Positions 35,011 to 44,340 of a stretch of DNA of 64,000 bases are shown piece by piece. This DNA is from Desulfuromonadales bacterium (GTDB lineage: Bacteria > Desulfobacterota > Desulfuromonadia > Geobacterales > Pseudopelobacteraceae): NCBI GenBank assembly GCA_013349325.1, contig DUZX01000002.1, forward strand, positions 107,987 through 171,986, read 5' to 3'. The position numbers and the translations under genes are program-made. How positions within the stretch are numbered: the first letter of the stretch is position 1; each line of letters starts with the position of its first letter. The notes beneath the pieces were generated by a model. That model was not told where the DNA came from. It worked only from the letters and a program-made list of their open reading frames with translations, and made no database searches.

Positions 35011-36249
35011 ATGAAACTATCCATTTTTCTCCTGTTTGCTCTCATTACCCTCTTTACGTACTGGTTACGCTCCATCAACCTGCAGCATCTCAAGCTGCAT
35101 GGTGCTACCGTTCCGGAAGGGTTCGAAGGCGCGATCGACATTGAAAAGCTCCGCAGCAGTTCAGCGTATACCTTCGATTCCAGTCGCCTCGATTGGTGGG
35201 ATTCGCTCTTTGACAATGCCCTGCTGATCATTTTTCTGTTCGGTGGGCTAATAGCCCACTATGACCATCTGATCAGCTCGTTCGGCTTTTCTCCGATTGT
35301 CACCGCGTTGCTCTTTTTCCTCCTTCTGAGCTGGATATCAACGCTGCTGGGGATTCCCTTTGATCTCTACAGTACCTTTCGTATCGAAGCCCGCTACGGA
35401 TTTAATACGACGACAGCCCGGATCTGGATCCTTGATTTTCTCACGTCACAGGCCATCGGTGCCGTCCTGATGGCTTTTTTGATTAGTGCTGTTTTCTGGT
35501 TGATCAGGTGGAGTCCCAACGAATGGTGGCTCTGGGTATGGGGATTTATGGCCCTCTTCAGCCTTTTTATGATGTTCATCTCACCATATGTGATCGAGCC
35601 GCTCTTCAACAAATACGAGCCGGTGACCGAGCCGGGGCTGGAAGATGAGATTCGGGCCATGATGGAAAAGGCCGGACTGAAGGTAGGCGCGGTGCTACAG
35701 ATGGACGCTTCAAAACGGAGTAATCACTCCAATGCCTATTTTACCGGTATTGGCAAGGTCAAACGGATAGTGCTGTACGATACCCTGATCAAACAGATGA
35801 GTCATGCCGAGATCGTTGCGGTGCTGGCACACGAAATCGGGCACTGGAAAAAGGGGCATATCTGGAAACGGCTGGTCTGGGCCGAGATCATGGCGCTGGC
35901 GGGGTCATGGATCAGTTTTAAAATTCTGGGCTGGGCGGGACTGCCGGGGTTGTTGGGTTTGCCGACTGACATATCACTGCCAGCCAAAATGGTTGTACTT
36001 GGTTTTGTCGCTTCGCTGGCGCTCTTTCCGTTGGGACCGTTTTCGGCCTGGCGTTCACGCTGCCACGAACGCGAAGCCGATCGCTACGCCTCAGAGCTGA
36101 CCGGGCGGCCGCAGGATCTGGCTTCGGCTCTGGTCAAGATGTCGGTTGAAAATCTATCCAACCTCTTTCCGCACCCGTTCTACGCGGCTTTTTACTATTC
36201 GCACCCACCGGCAGTTGAGCGGATCAGGACGTTGCGGGGATGGGTCTGA
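35011..36249 (+). CDS. M48 family (Ste24/HtpX-like) membrane zinc metallopeptidase
   Basis: 412 aa, polytopic, with the HExxH motif HEIGHWKKGH and a downstream E (EREAD). Confidence 0.85.
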   Translation: MKLSIFLLFALITLFTYWLRSINLQHLKLHGATVPEGFEGAIDIEKLRSSSAYTFDSSRLDWWDSLFDNALLIIFLFGGLIAHYDHLISSFGFSPIVTALLFFLLLSWISTLLGIPFDLYSTFRIEARYGFNTTTARIWILDFLTSQAIGAVLMAFLISAVFWLIRWSPNEWWLWVWGFMALFSLFMMFISPYVIEPLFNKYEPVTEPGLEDEIRAMMEKAGLKVGAVLQMDASKRSNHSNAYFTGIGKVKRIVLYDTLIKQMSHAEIVAVLAHEIGHWKKGHIWKRLVWAEIMALAGSWISFKILGWAGLPGLLGLPTDISLPAKMVVLGFVASLALFPLGPFSAWRSRCHEREADRYASELTGRPQDLASALVKMSVENLSNLFPHPFYAAFYYSHPPAVERIRTLRGWV

Positions 36250-36250
36250 G

Positions 36251-36853
36251 CTATTCCTTGGTATACATAACCGCTACGGCGCGGGCGTGGTCGCTGCCGA
36301 CCGCTACCCAGCCGTGCGGTTGGCTGGAATCATAATAGATACTGTCGCCGGTCCGCAGTCTCAAGACTTCTGTGTTGTAATGGAAGTCTAACTCCCCTTC
36401 CGTGACGTAGACAAATTCCTCATCGCCCTCGTGCTTGAAAAACAGTGCATCGTCCCACTCCTTCTTTTCAAATTCCACCAGGAACGGTTCCATATGTTTG
36501 TGCCGCAAACCCTGTGCCAGCGAGTGATAGACGTACGGGCGAGCGCTGCTGCCGACGGATGAACGCGGTACTTTCTCGACGGCGCTGACATCCTCACGCC
36601 TGGTCAGCATGTATTTCTGGCGGTAGCTTTCGTCCTGAAAGAAAAAATGAATATCAACCTTAAGCCCTTTGGCAACCTTGAGCAGGGTGGCCAGCGGCGG
36701 AATGACCTGTTCATTTTCAATCTGCGACAGCAGCGGCTTTGAAAGGGTTGTTAATTCGGACAATTCTTGCAGTGTCAGACGTTTCTGCTGGCGAAGCCCC
36801 CTGATTTTGGAGCCGATCCTGAATTCCTTGATCTGTGCCTTGATATCACTCAT
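36251..36853 (-). CDS. XRE-family HTH transcriptional regulator with a C-terminal cupin domain
   Basis: The HTH is IRGLRQQKRLTLQELSELTTLSKPLLSQIENEQ. The C-terminal region has a cupin beta-barrel pattern. The likely start is MSDIKAQ (36853). Confidence 0.8.
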   Translation of the reverse strand: MSDIKAQIKEFRIGSKIRGLRQQKRLTLQELSELTTLSKPLLSQIENEQVIPPLATLLKVAKGLKVDIHFFFQDESYRQKYMLTRREDVSAVEKVPRSSVGSSARPYVYHSLAQGLRHKHMEPFLVEFEKKEWDDALFFKHEGDEEFVYVTEGELDFHYNTEVLRLRTGDSIYYDSSQPHGWVAVGSDHARAVAVMYTKE

Positions 36854-36982
36854 CGTCACTCTCCCGCGCAGAAAATTCCGTATACCGCGTAGCACTTTTA
36901 CATAAAGTTATCCGTGATTCAATAACATTATTATAGTCAATAAAACAGATGCGGTACCAGGGTGTTTTTTCCGTGAATTGCG

Positions 36983-37011
36983 TTGACACGATCAGCAGTA
37001 ATGACTATTGT
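36983..37011 (+). promoter_or_regulatory. Candidate sigma70-type promoter for the degP-like gene
   Basis: TTGACA-N17-TATTGT, 45 nt upstream of the ATG at 37056. Confidence 0.35.
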
Positions 37012-37055
37012 TTCGACAGGTTACCCCATTTCACGATTCAAGGAACATCGAAAAA

Positions 37056-38483
37056 ATGAAGATCGCTCTACGTAGGACACTCATACTGACAACTTTTGCC
37101 TTACTCGCAGCCGGTCTCACAGGTTGTAGCGGAAAAAGTGATGCGCCACTTTTTCTCGAATCCGCCCGCAAAGGGGGCACTGCTGAAGCGCCGGTAAAAG
37201 ATGTGCCGGCCGATACGCTTGCCACCCAGAAAGCATTCAGTGCTGTTTCCAAGAAGGTCACCCCCAGTGTTGTTAACATTTCGACCGTCAGCCGTAAAAA
37301 AAGCATCCAGCCCTTTTTTGAAATGAACCCTTTTTTTGAGGATTTCTTCGGCGCGCCGCAGACCAGGCGTGACAAGAGTCTTGGGTCCGGATTTTTGATC
37401 AGTGCTGACGGCTATATCGTCACCAACGACCATGTTGTCAGGGATGCCGAGAGTATTCAGGTTAAGCTTTCCAACGATAAGGTTTATGACGCCAAGGTTG
37501 TCGGCGGTGACCACAAGACTGATATCGCGGTTATCAAGATCAATGCCCGTGATCTGCCGCCGGTCGTGCTGGGGGATTCCGAAAAGCTGGAAGTCGGTCA
37601 GTGGGCGATTGCGATCGGCAACCCCTTTGGCCTGGATCGAACCATGACGGTCGGCATTATATCAGCCACCGGACGTACCAACATGGGTATCGAAACCTAC
37701 GAAAATTTTATCCAGACCGATGCCTCGATCAATCCGGGCAACTCCGGCGGTCCACTCCTGAATGTCTATGGTGAGGTGATCGGTATCAATACCGCCATTG
37801 TAGCCAGTGGACAGGGGATCGGCTTTGCCATTCCGATCAACATGGCCAAGACGGTGTTTGCGCAGCTGATCCAGAAGGGGAGTGTCAGTCGAGGTTATAT
37901 GGGAGTCACCATCCAGCCGATGACCGAAGAGCTGGCGCAATCGTTCGGTCTGAAACAGGCCCGCGGCGCACTGGTGAATGACATCATCAAGGGGAGTCCC
38001 GCCGATAAAGCCGGTATTCATCAGGGTGATGTGATCACCTCGATTAACGGTACCGAGGTTAAGGATCCTTCCCACCTGCAGCGCCTGGTGGCGGAAGCCG
38101 GCATCGGTAAAGCCGCAAAAGTAGGCATATTCCGTGAGGGTGCGTCGCTGGAGCTGACGATGACCATTGCCAGTGCTGATACAGCTCCAAAGGATCTGCG
38201 CGGATCGCGCGGCGACCAGAGCCAGGATGGCGGCGGTGATCTGCTGGGACTGGTGGTGGAAGATGGCGAGGCGGGAGTCCTTGTGGCGGATGTCGCAGCG
38301 GGGGGGAGCGCCGCTGAAGCCGGTATCCGGCGCGGTGATCTGATCGTTTCGATCAATCGCACGCGCATACCTGACAGTGCCGCTTACCGGCGGGTCATCG
38401 CGAGTGCCGGCCGGAGCGGCAGCTTTACCATTCTGGTCAGGCGCGGCAATGCGAGCATCTACTTTGCAATCCGTACTAAATAA
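37056..38483 (+). CDS. degP: Periplasmic serine endoprotease DegP/HtrA (Do family, two PDZ domains)
   Basis: It has a lipoprotein-like signal LAAGLTGCSG, catalytic-triad context TNDHVV and GNSGGPL, and two PDZ-like regions. The start is taken at MKIALRR. Confidence 0.85.
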   Translation: MKIALRRTLILTTFALLAAGLTGCSGKSDAPLFLESARKGGTAEAPVKDVPADTLATQKAFSAVSKKVTPSVVNISTVSRKKSIQPFFEMNPFFEDFFGAPQTRRDKSLGSGFLISADGYIVTNDHVVRDAESIQVKLSNDKVYDAKVVGGDHKTDIAVIKINARDLPPVVLGDSEKLEVGQWAIAIGNPFGLDRTMTVGIISATGRTNMGIETYENFIQTDASINPGNSGGPLLNVYGEVIGINTAIVASGQGIGFAIPINMAKTVFAQLIQKGSVSRGYMGVTIQPMTEELAQSFGLKQARGALVNDIIKGSPADKAGIHQGDVITSINGTEVKDPSHLQRLVAEAGIGKAAKVGIFREGASLELTMTIASADTAPKDLRGSRGDQSQDGGGDLLGLVVEDGEAGVLVADVAAGGSAAEAGIRRGDLIVSINRTRIPDSAAYRRVIASAGRSGSFTILVRRGNASIYFAIRTK

Positions 38484-38514
38484 TGCTAAGGTGGCAAAAT
38501 TCTTCTGACATGAG

Positions 38515-38790
38515 GTGCAACAACCCATGAATTTGATAGATAATCCTGATCAGGCCCGACGTCTGGCACGTGCCATCCTTTCCGATGTAGCCATGTACAA
38601 CAAGGAAAAGGTCGAAACCGGCATCAAGAATGATAATATCTTTGATCTTCTCAAGGACGAGATGGAAGAGGGGCGCCAGCATTTCCTGTCGCGGGTGTCA
38701 CCTGATCTTGATCCGGAAATCATCTATGGAACGGCCGTCGTGGATGTTCTCATCAAGCGGGCAGGCAAGATTGAATCCTCGATCTGGTAG
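38515..38790 (+). CDS. Small hypothetical protein (91 aa)
   Basis: An open frame with plausible coding character, followed by a terminator hairpin. I recognise no family. Confidence 0.45.
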   Translation: MQQPMNLIDNPDQARRLARAILSDVAMYNKEKVETGIKNDNIFDLLKDEMEEGRQHFLSRVSPDLDPEIIYGTAVVDVLIKRAGKIESSIW

Positions 38791-38815
38791 CCGTAGCCGA
38801 TAGCGTATTTTCTGC

Positions 38816-38848
38816 AAGGCGTACCCGTCACGGTGCGCCTTTGCTGTT
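38816..38848 (+). terminator. Rho-independent terminator
   Basis: AAGGCGTACCcgtcacGGTGCGCCTT forms a 10-bp stem with one G-U pair, followed by TGCTGTTTA. Confidence 0.55.
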
Positions 38849-38860
38849 TATGGAGGCAGT

Positions 38861-39823
38861 ATGAATCACCTGTCACTCACATTTTTACCTGACCAGGAAG
38901 CCATCCGGCTCGATCTGTTTCTCAGCCGGGAAATGGGCAACGAATCCCGTGCGGCCATCCAACGCCTGATCGAAACCGGTCAGGTGCTGGTGGATGGCCG
39001 TCAGGTGCGCGCCTCGCACAAGTTGAAGGGCGGTGAGCAGATCGAAGTTGAAATTCCGGAGCCGCTGCCGGCCACCCCTTTGGCAGAGTCGATTCCGTTG
39101 GAGGTACTCTACGAAGATGGCGATCTGATTGTGATCAACAAAGCGGCCGGAATGGTGGTACACCCCGGCGCCGGTAATGCCAGCGGCACGCTGGTCAACG
39201 CGCTTCTGGCGCACTGTACGGATCTGGCCGGTATCGGCGGAGAGCTGAGACCCGGCATCGTTCACCGGCTGGACAAGGGAACCTCCGGGGTGCTGGTGGC
39301 TGCCAAGCATGACCGCGCCCACCAGGGGCTTTCGGAGCAGTTCAGTGTGCACTCCGTCAAGCGCATCTATCAGGCGCTGATTTATGGTTCTCCCGCAGAG
39401 GAGACCGGCAAGATTGAAGGGATAATCGGCCGACATCCGACCGAACGACTGCGGATGTCAGGCAAGGCAAAAAATGGAAAGCATGCGGTCACACGCTGGA
39501 AGGTCAAAGAACGTTATGGCAGGATTTCTCTGGTGGAGCTGCGACTTGAGACTGGACGCACCCATCAGATCCGTGTGCATCTGACGGAAGCCGGGTTTCC
39601 GCTGGTGGGAGATCCGCTCTATCCTGATGGGGGACGCTGCAACAACATTCCCGACAGTCAGCTGCGTGGCCTGATCAACCATCTCGGACGCCAGGCGCTG
39701 CATGCCCGTTGTCTCGGGTTTATCCACCCGGTGACGGGCGACTACCTGGAATTTACGGTCGAACCACCCGAGGATCTGCAGGAACTGCTGGCCTATCTGC
39801 GTCCCAGGCCGGTTGTCGATTAG
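38861..39823 (+). CDS. rluD: 23S rRNA pseudouridine synthase, RluD/RluA family
   Basis: 320 aa with an N-terminal S4 domain and the catalytic motif HRLDKGTSGVLV. Confidence 0.85.
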   Translation: MNHLSLTFLPDQEAIRLDLFLSREMGNESRAAIQRLIETGQVLVDGRQVRASHKLKGGEQIEVEIPEPLPATPLAESIPLEVLYEDGDLIVINKAAGMVVHPGAGNASGTLVNALLAHCTDLAGIGGELRPGIVHRLDKGTSGVLVAAKHDRAHQGLSEQFSVHSVKRIYQALIYGSPAEETGKIEGIIGRHPTERLRMSGKAKNGKHAVTRWKVKERYGRISLVELRLETGRTHQIRVHLTEAGFPLVGDPLYPDGGRCNNIPDSQLRGLINHLGRQALHARCLGFIHPVTGDYLEFTVEPPEDLQELLAYLRPRPVVD

Positions 39824-39836
39824 TGCGAATCAGATT

Positions 39837-40256
39837 TCAGCTCTTCTTTCCGATCCGGCAGCTGCCGTTGGCACAGTCAAATTTCTTTTTCGGTAAATAT
39901 TTCCGGATGCGGGCGAAGCCCCGGTAACCGAGGCGTGCCAATGGATTGATGATCGGCAGGGTTATCAGCGTTCCGAGCAGCCCGTACAACGTTGAGGCCG
40001 GAAAAGCCTGCCAGATGGCCCAAAACGCCTCCACTCCGGTATAGACATCCCCGCGACTGTCAATGACATGCAACTCATACATAAAGGCCGACAGACTGAT
40101 GTTATAACTCTCGGGATTAAAATCCGGGGTACTGATATCAACCAGCAGAAGCCTTTCTGCCCGGTCCTGGTGCCGATACTGCTCAATTTCCGCAGAACAG
40201 ACAATGCATGCCCCGTCATAAAAGACGGTTATCGGAAAGTACGGTGTCTTCGGCAT
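39837..40256 (-). CDS. Thiol-disulfide oxidoreductase DCC family (DUF393)
   Basis: 139 aa with N-terminal VFYDGACIVCSAEI. Confidence 0.7.
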   Translation of the reverse strand: MPKTPYFPITVFYDGACIVCSAEIEQYRHQDRAERLLLVDISTPDFNPESYNISLSAFMYELHVIDSRGDVYTGVEAFWAIWQAFPASTLYGLLGTLITLPIINPLARLGYRGFARIRKYLPKKKFDCANGSCRIGKKS

Positions 40257-40289
40257 GGTTTCCCGCTATTTGTAAATATTATTAATCAC

Positions 40290-41366
40290 CTATCGCATCT
40301 TCAAGGTCGAAATCGCCACCAGTGCCAGGATGATGGTGATGATCCAGAAACGGACGATGATCTTCGGTTCGGCCACACCTTTCAGTTCGAAGTGATGATG
40401 AATCGGTGCCATGCGGAAGATGCGCTTGCCCCGGTATTTGTAGGAACCTACCTGGAAGATGACCGATAGTGCTTCTACCACAAAAACGCCGCCGACGATC
40501 ACCAGCAGTATTTCCTGCTTGGTCAGCACGGCGATCGTGCCAAGTGTGCCGCCCAATGAGAGTGAGCCGACATCCCCCATGAAAACCTCGGCCGGGTAGG
40601 AGTTATACCAGAGAAAGCCGAGCCCGGCCCCGACCATGGCGCCGCACAGCACAGCCAGTTCGCCGGCGCCGACTACGCGCGGAATCTGTAGATAGGCGGA
40701 GAGGGTGGCGTGTCCGGCCACGTAGGCGAAGAGCATGTAGGTGGCAGCATTGATGGCGACCGGTCCGATAGCCAGGCCATCCAGACCGTCAGTCAGGTTG
40801 ACGGCGTTACTGGCACCGACGATTACCAGCGTGGCAAAGGGGATGAACCAGATCCAGAGATCGGGGTGGAACTTTTTAAAGAGCGGGAAGAAAAGCTCTT
40901 CGCTGAAGCCCGGAATGAAAAAGAGATAGGTCGCGACTCCGCCGGCCAGCAGCACCTGCCAGAACATCTTCTGGCGGGCTGAAAGCCCCTTGGGATTCTT
41001 TTCCACAACTTTTTTGTAGTCGTCCACAAAACCGATCAGGCCATAGCCGATCGTGATAAAGAGCGTGATCCAGATGTACTGATTAGTCAGGTCCGCCCAG
41101 AACAGCGTCGGAATAACGATGGCGGCCAGAATCATCAGGCCCCCCATGGTGGGCGTGCCCTGTTTCTGCAGATGCGATTCCGGGCCGTCGGTGCGGATTA
41201 CCTGTCGTGCCTGCATACTCTCCAGTTTGCGGATGATCCAGGGACCCAGCACAAAACAGACGATCAGTGCCGTAATCATAGCGTAAATAGTCCGAAAGGT
41301 CAGGTATTTAAAGATATTAAAGAGCTTGACGTTGGCCGCCAGCGGATAAAATATATGGTACAGCAT
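40290..41366 (-). CDS. mraY: Phospho-N-acetylmuramoyl-pentapeptide transferase MraY
   Basis: 358 aa: MLYHIFYPL...[21 protein letters not shown], and the C-terminal sequence [10 protein letters not shown]. Confidence 0.95.
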   Translation of the reverse strand: MLYHIFYPLAANVKLFNIFKYLTFRTIYAMITALIVCFVLGPWIIRKLESMQARQVIRTDGPESHLQKQGTPTMGGLMILAAIVIPTLFWADLTNQYIWITLFITIGYGLIGFVDDYKKVVEKNPKGLSARQKMFWQVLLAGGVATYLFFIPGFSEELFFPLFKKFHPDLWIWFIPFATLVIVGASNAVNLTDGLDGLAIGPVAINAATYMLFAYVAGHATLSAYLQIPRVVGAGELAVLCGAMVGAGLGFLWYNSYPAEVFMGDVGSLSLGGTLGTIAVLTKQEILLVIVGGVFVVEALSVIFQVGSYKYRGKRIFRMAPIHHHFELKGVAEPKIIVRFWIITIILALVAISTLKMR

Positions 41367-41369
41367 GGG

Positions 41370-42761
41370 CTATTCCCCTCTCGAGAGCAGTACTGCTTTG
41401 AGTTCCTTTGATACGTTCTCCATCGCCATCCCGCGTGATCCCTTGAACAGAATAACATCTCCCTCGTGAAGTGATTCACTCAGGAGTGCTGCAATTTCGG
41501 CGTGGCTTGTACAGCTGAAAATTACGTTTGCTGCCATATCGGTCAGGCGTGCGCCTGTAGCGGTATGTTCCAGCATACGTGGACCCAGCAGGTACAATCT
41601 ATCAACAGTGCGACCGGCTACAGCGCCGATTCCCCGGTGTGCTTCAGCTTCCTGTTCTCCCAGTTCCAGCATGTCGCCCAGTACGGCGATGCGATGGCCG
41701 GGTGCGGCGATCTGGGTAAGGGTTTGCAGGGCGGCCTTGGTCGAGGCTGGGTTGGCGTTGTAACTGTCGTCAATCAGGGTGATAGAACCGAGATGCTCAA
41801 TCTGAAAACGTCCTTGATAGGGGCTGAATGATTCGAGGCCTGCGGCAATAGTCGGCAGCGGTACCTTTTCGAGTAGAGCGGCGGTAGCGGCCAGCGCGTT
41901 GTAGATGTTGTGCCGTCCGCAGGCGTTAAGGTGAACGCGTGCTTCCCCGTACGGGGTTGTCAGCAGAAAACGTTGCCCCTCCAGTCCCATCGCTTCGATC
42001 TCTCTGGCCCGAACTTCGCCGCGATCAATACCGAAACTGATCCGTCGGGCGGATGGGTTCTGAGCGAGCGAGGCAACTCGTGGATCATCGGCATTGACGA
42101 CCGCCAGCCCGTTATCGCTGATGCGGTGCAGTAATTCTCCCTTGGCGGCAGCAACAGCCTCAACCGTCCCCATGCTCTGCAGGTGCGCCGGCAATGCATT
42201 CAGCACGATCCCCACGCGGGGATTGGCGATCTGTGCCAGGCGGTCAATCTCTCCCGGTTCGCTCATCCCCATCTCCAGCACTGCCCAACAATGTTCCGGG
42301 CGCAGCTGAAAAATCATCTGCGGCAGCCCGATCAGGTTGTTGAGATTGCCGGATGTTTTCAGCCCCGGTGAGGTCTGCTCGAGGATCGCTGCCAGCATCT
42401 CTTTGGTGGTGGTCTTTCCGTTACTGCCGGTGACAGCAATCGTCGGAATATCGAAGTGTTGTCGCCAGACAGCCGCCAGGTCACCCAAGGCCCGTAAACT
42501 ATCCTTGACGGCGACACAGGTAACGGAATCCGGAAGCGGGTGACTCTTCAGCCACTGCTCTTCGGCCAGGACAGCCGTGACGCCCCGTTCTGATACCTGC
42601 TGGATGAAGGCATGACCGTTGAAACGCACGCCGCGCAGTGCGACGAACAGCTGGCCCGGGGCGACGCTGCGTGAATCGGTTGAGATGGCCGTCACGTCTC
42701 CGCTGGCGTGGCCGATAATCCGGCCTCTGGTGGTAAGCGCTATTTCATTGATGGTGAACAT
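41370..42761 (-). CDS. murF: UDP-MurNAc-tripeptide--D-Ala-D-Ala ligase MurF
   Basis: 463 aa with the Mur ligase P-loop VTGSNGKTTTKEM. It lies between murE and mraY. Confidence 0.9.
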   Translation of the reverse strand: MFTINEIALTTRGRIIGHASGDVTAISTDSRSVAPGQLFVALRGVRFNGHAFIQQVSERGVTAVLAEEQWLKSHPLPDSVTCVAVKDSLRALGDLAAVWRQHFDIPTIAVTGSNGKTTTKEMLAAILEQTSPGLKTSGNLNNLIGLPQMIFQLRPEHCWAVLEMGMSEPGEIDRLAQIANPRVGIVLNALPAHLQSMGTVEAVAAAKGELLHRISDNGLAVVNADDPRVASLAQNPSARRISFGIDRGEVRAREIEAMGLEGQRFLLTTPYGEARVHLNACGRHNIYNALAATAALLEKVPLPTIAAGLESFSPYQGRFQIEHLGSITLIDDSYNANPASTKAALQTLTQIAAPGHRIAVLGDMLELGEQEAEAHRGIGAVAGRTVDRLYLLGPRMLEHTATGARLTDMAANVIFSCTSHAEIAALLSESLHEGDVILFKGSRGMAMENVSKELKAVLLSRGE

Positions 42762-44284
42762 GGTAGATCCTTCTCGGTAAAGGCCTCTGCCGCTTCTTCG
42801 CGGTCATCAAAATGATGCTTGATTCTGCCAAGGATCTGATAATCTTCATGACCTTTACCGGCCAGGAGAACAATATCACCCGGCTGTGCCAGGCGAATGG
42901 CCAGGCGGATAGCCTCGCGCCGGTTTTCCAACATCGTAAAACCTTTTGTGGCAAAACCGGAAGCCAGCTCGTCGTTCTGATACTCAAGCACGCCAAGGGC
43001 GGTGATACCGCCTTTAATCTGCTTAAGAATTTCCTGCGGATCTTCGGTTCTGGGGTTGTCGGAGGTGACGATAGCGAGGTCGGACATACGCGCGGCAATG
43101 CCGCCCATGATCGGGCGCTTGCCGTTATCGCGATCGCCACCGCAGCCGAAAACGGTGATGATCCTTCCGGTTGCGATCTCATGAAGTGTGGCCAGCACGT
43201 TTTCGAGGGCGTCGCCGGTGTGGGCGTAATCAACCAGGCAGGTAACGCCGCAGCTGTTTGGCACCCGCTCCATGCGGCCGGGGACGGTGGCATGTCCCTC
43301 GATGCCGGCCCTGATGGCGGAGAGCGGCAGTTCAAGCGCTACTCCGGTGGCCACGGCCGCCAGGATATTGGAGAGGTTGAAACGCCCCAGAAGTCGCGAG
43401 GCAAACGGGAATTCTCCTGTGGGGGTATGTAAAACGCCGCTGATGCCCTGAATGGAGAGCTGTACCTCTTCCGGCCGCACGTCCCAGAGACCATCGCGCC
43501 CGTAGGTAATAACCGGACAGACTGCCGAGGCAGCCACGCGGGCACCAGAGGGATCGTCCATGTTGACAACCGCCCGGCGGGTCGGTTTGATATCGTCCTC
43601 CGTGAGGAGTTCGGAAAAGAGCCTGCTTTTGGCCTGCAGGTAGCTTTCCATGGTGACATGGTAATCGAGATGGTCACGGGTCAGGTTACTGAATATCCCC
43701 ACGTCGAAGTGGCAGCCGTCAGCACGCTTCTGCTCCAGTGCGTGCGAGGATACCTCCATGACGAAGGCCTGCGCTCCGGCCTCCTTCAGCTGTCGAAATG
43801 CGGTCTGTAGCTCGGTCGATTCCGGGGTGGTATGAGAGGCTGCAATGGTCTGTGCGCCGAAGCGATAGCTGATGGTGCCGAGCACTGCGGCCGGGATTCC
43901 GGCCGCCAGCAGAATCGCTTCGATCAGATAGGTGGTCGTGGTTTTACCGTTGGTGCCGGTGATACCGATCAGCGGCAGTGCGGCTGTCGGGTCACCGTTA
44001 AAGCGCGCCGCCAGCAACCCCATAGTGCGGCGCCCGTCTGCCGTTGTGATCCACGGGACGGAATCCGGGGCGTAGGCTGCATCTTCGAGGATTACCGCCG
44101 AGGCGCCGGCCTGGACGGCTTGTGCAATGTAAGCGTGGCCGTCCGTCGCCGTACCGTGCAGCGCGAAAAAAAGGGCCCCCGGTTTGGACTGTCGCGAGTC
44201 GCAGGTCAAGGAGGTTATATCAACGGACAGATCGCCATGAGGCTCGGCATCCTTCAGATCGTGGAGCAATTCAGCCAGTACCAT
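42740..44284 (-). CDS. murE: UDP-MurNAc-L-Ala-D-Glu--2,6-diaminopimelate ligase MurE
   Basis: 514 aa with GITGTNGKTTTT and the DAP-specific DNPR motif (TSDNPRTEDP). Confidence 0.9.
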   Translation of the reverse strand: MVLAELLHDLKDAEPHGDLSVDITSLTCDSRQSKPGALFFALHGTATDGHAYIAQAVQAGASAVILEDAAYAPDSVPWITTADGRRTMGLLAARFNGDPTAALPLIGITGTNGKTTTTYLIEAILLAAGIPAAVLGTISYRFGAQTIAASHTTPESTELQTAFRQLKEAGAQAFVMEVSSHALEQKRADGCHFDVGIFSNLTRDHLDYHVTMESYLQAKSRLFSELLTEDDIKPTRRAVVNMDDPSGARVAASAVCPVITYGRDGLWDVRPEEVQLSIQGISGVLHTPTGEFPFASRLLGRFNLSNILAAVATGVALELPLSAIRAGIEGHATVPGRMERVPNSCGVTCLVDYAHTGDALENVLATLHEIATGRIITVFGCGGDRDNGKRPIMGGIAARMSDLAIVTSDNPRTEDPQEILKQIKGGITALGVLEYQNDELASGFATKGFTMLENRREAIRLAIRLAQPGDIVLLAGKGHEDYQILGRIKHHFDDREEAAEAFTEKDLPCSPSMK

Positions 44285-44297
44285 CTCACCTCCAATT

Positions 44298-44331
44298 AAA
44301 AACGTGAAAGCCTGCCGGTTACCCGGCAGGC
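44298..44331 (-). terminator. Terminator/attenuator-like hairpin between ftsI and murE
   Basis: Minus strand GCCTGCCGGgtaaCCGGCAGGC forms a 9-bp perfect stem, followed by TTTCACGTTTTT. Confidence 0.45.
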
Positions 44332-44340
44332 GGTCTGCAG

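Noticed and set aside
37662-38528. A 288-aa minus-strand ORF. Other long antisense ORFs are similar, for example 7816..8508(+), 8538..9290(+), 5573..6130(+), 42812..43432(+), 45310..45975(+) and 53977..54486(-).
   Set aside because: Each lies entirely opposite a gene with strong family motifs (DegP, FliO/FliN, FliM, FlhB, MurE, FtsI, topoisomerase). Each has an Arg/Gly/His-rich composition typical of antisense frames in high-GC coding DNA.
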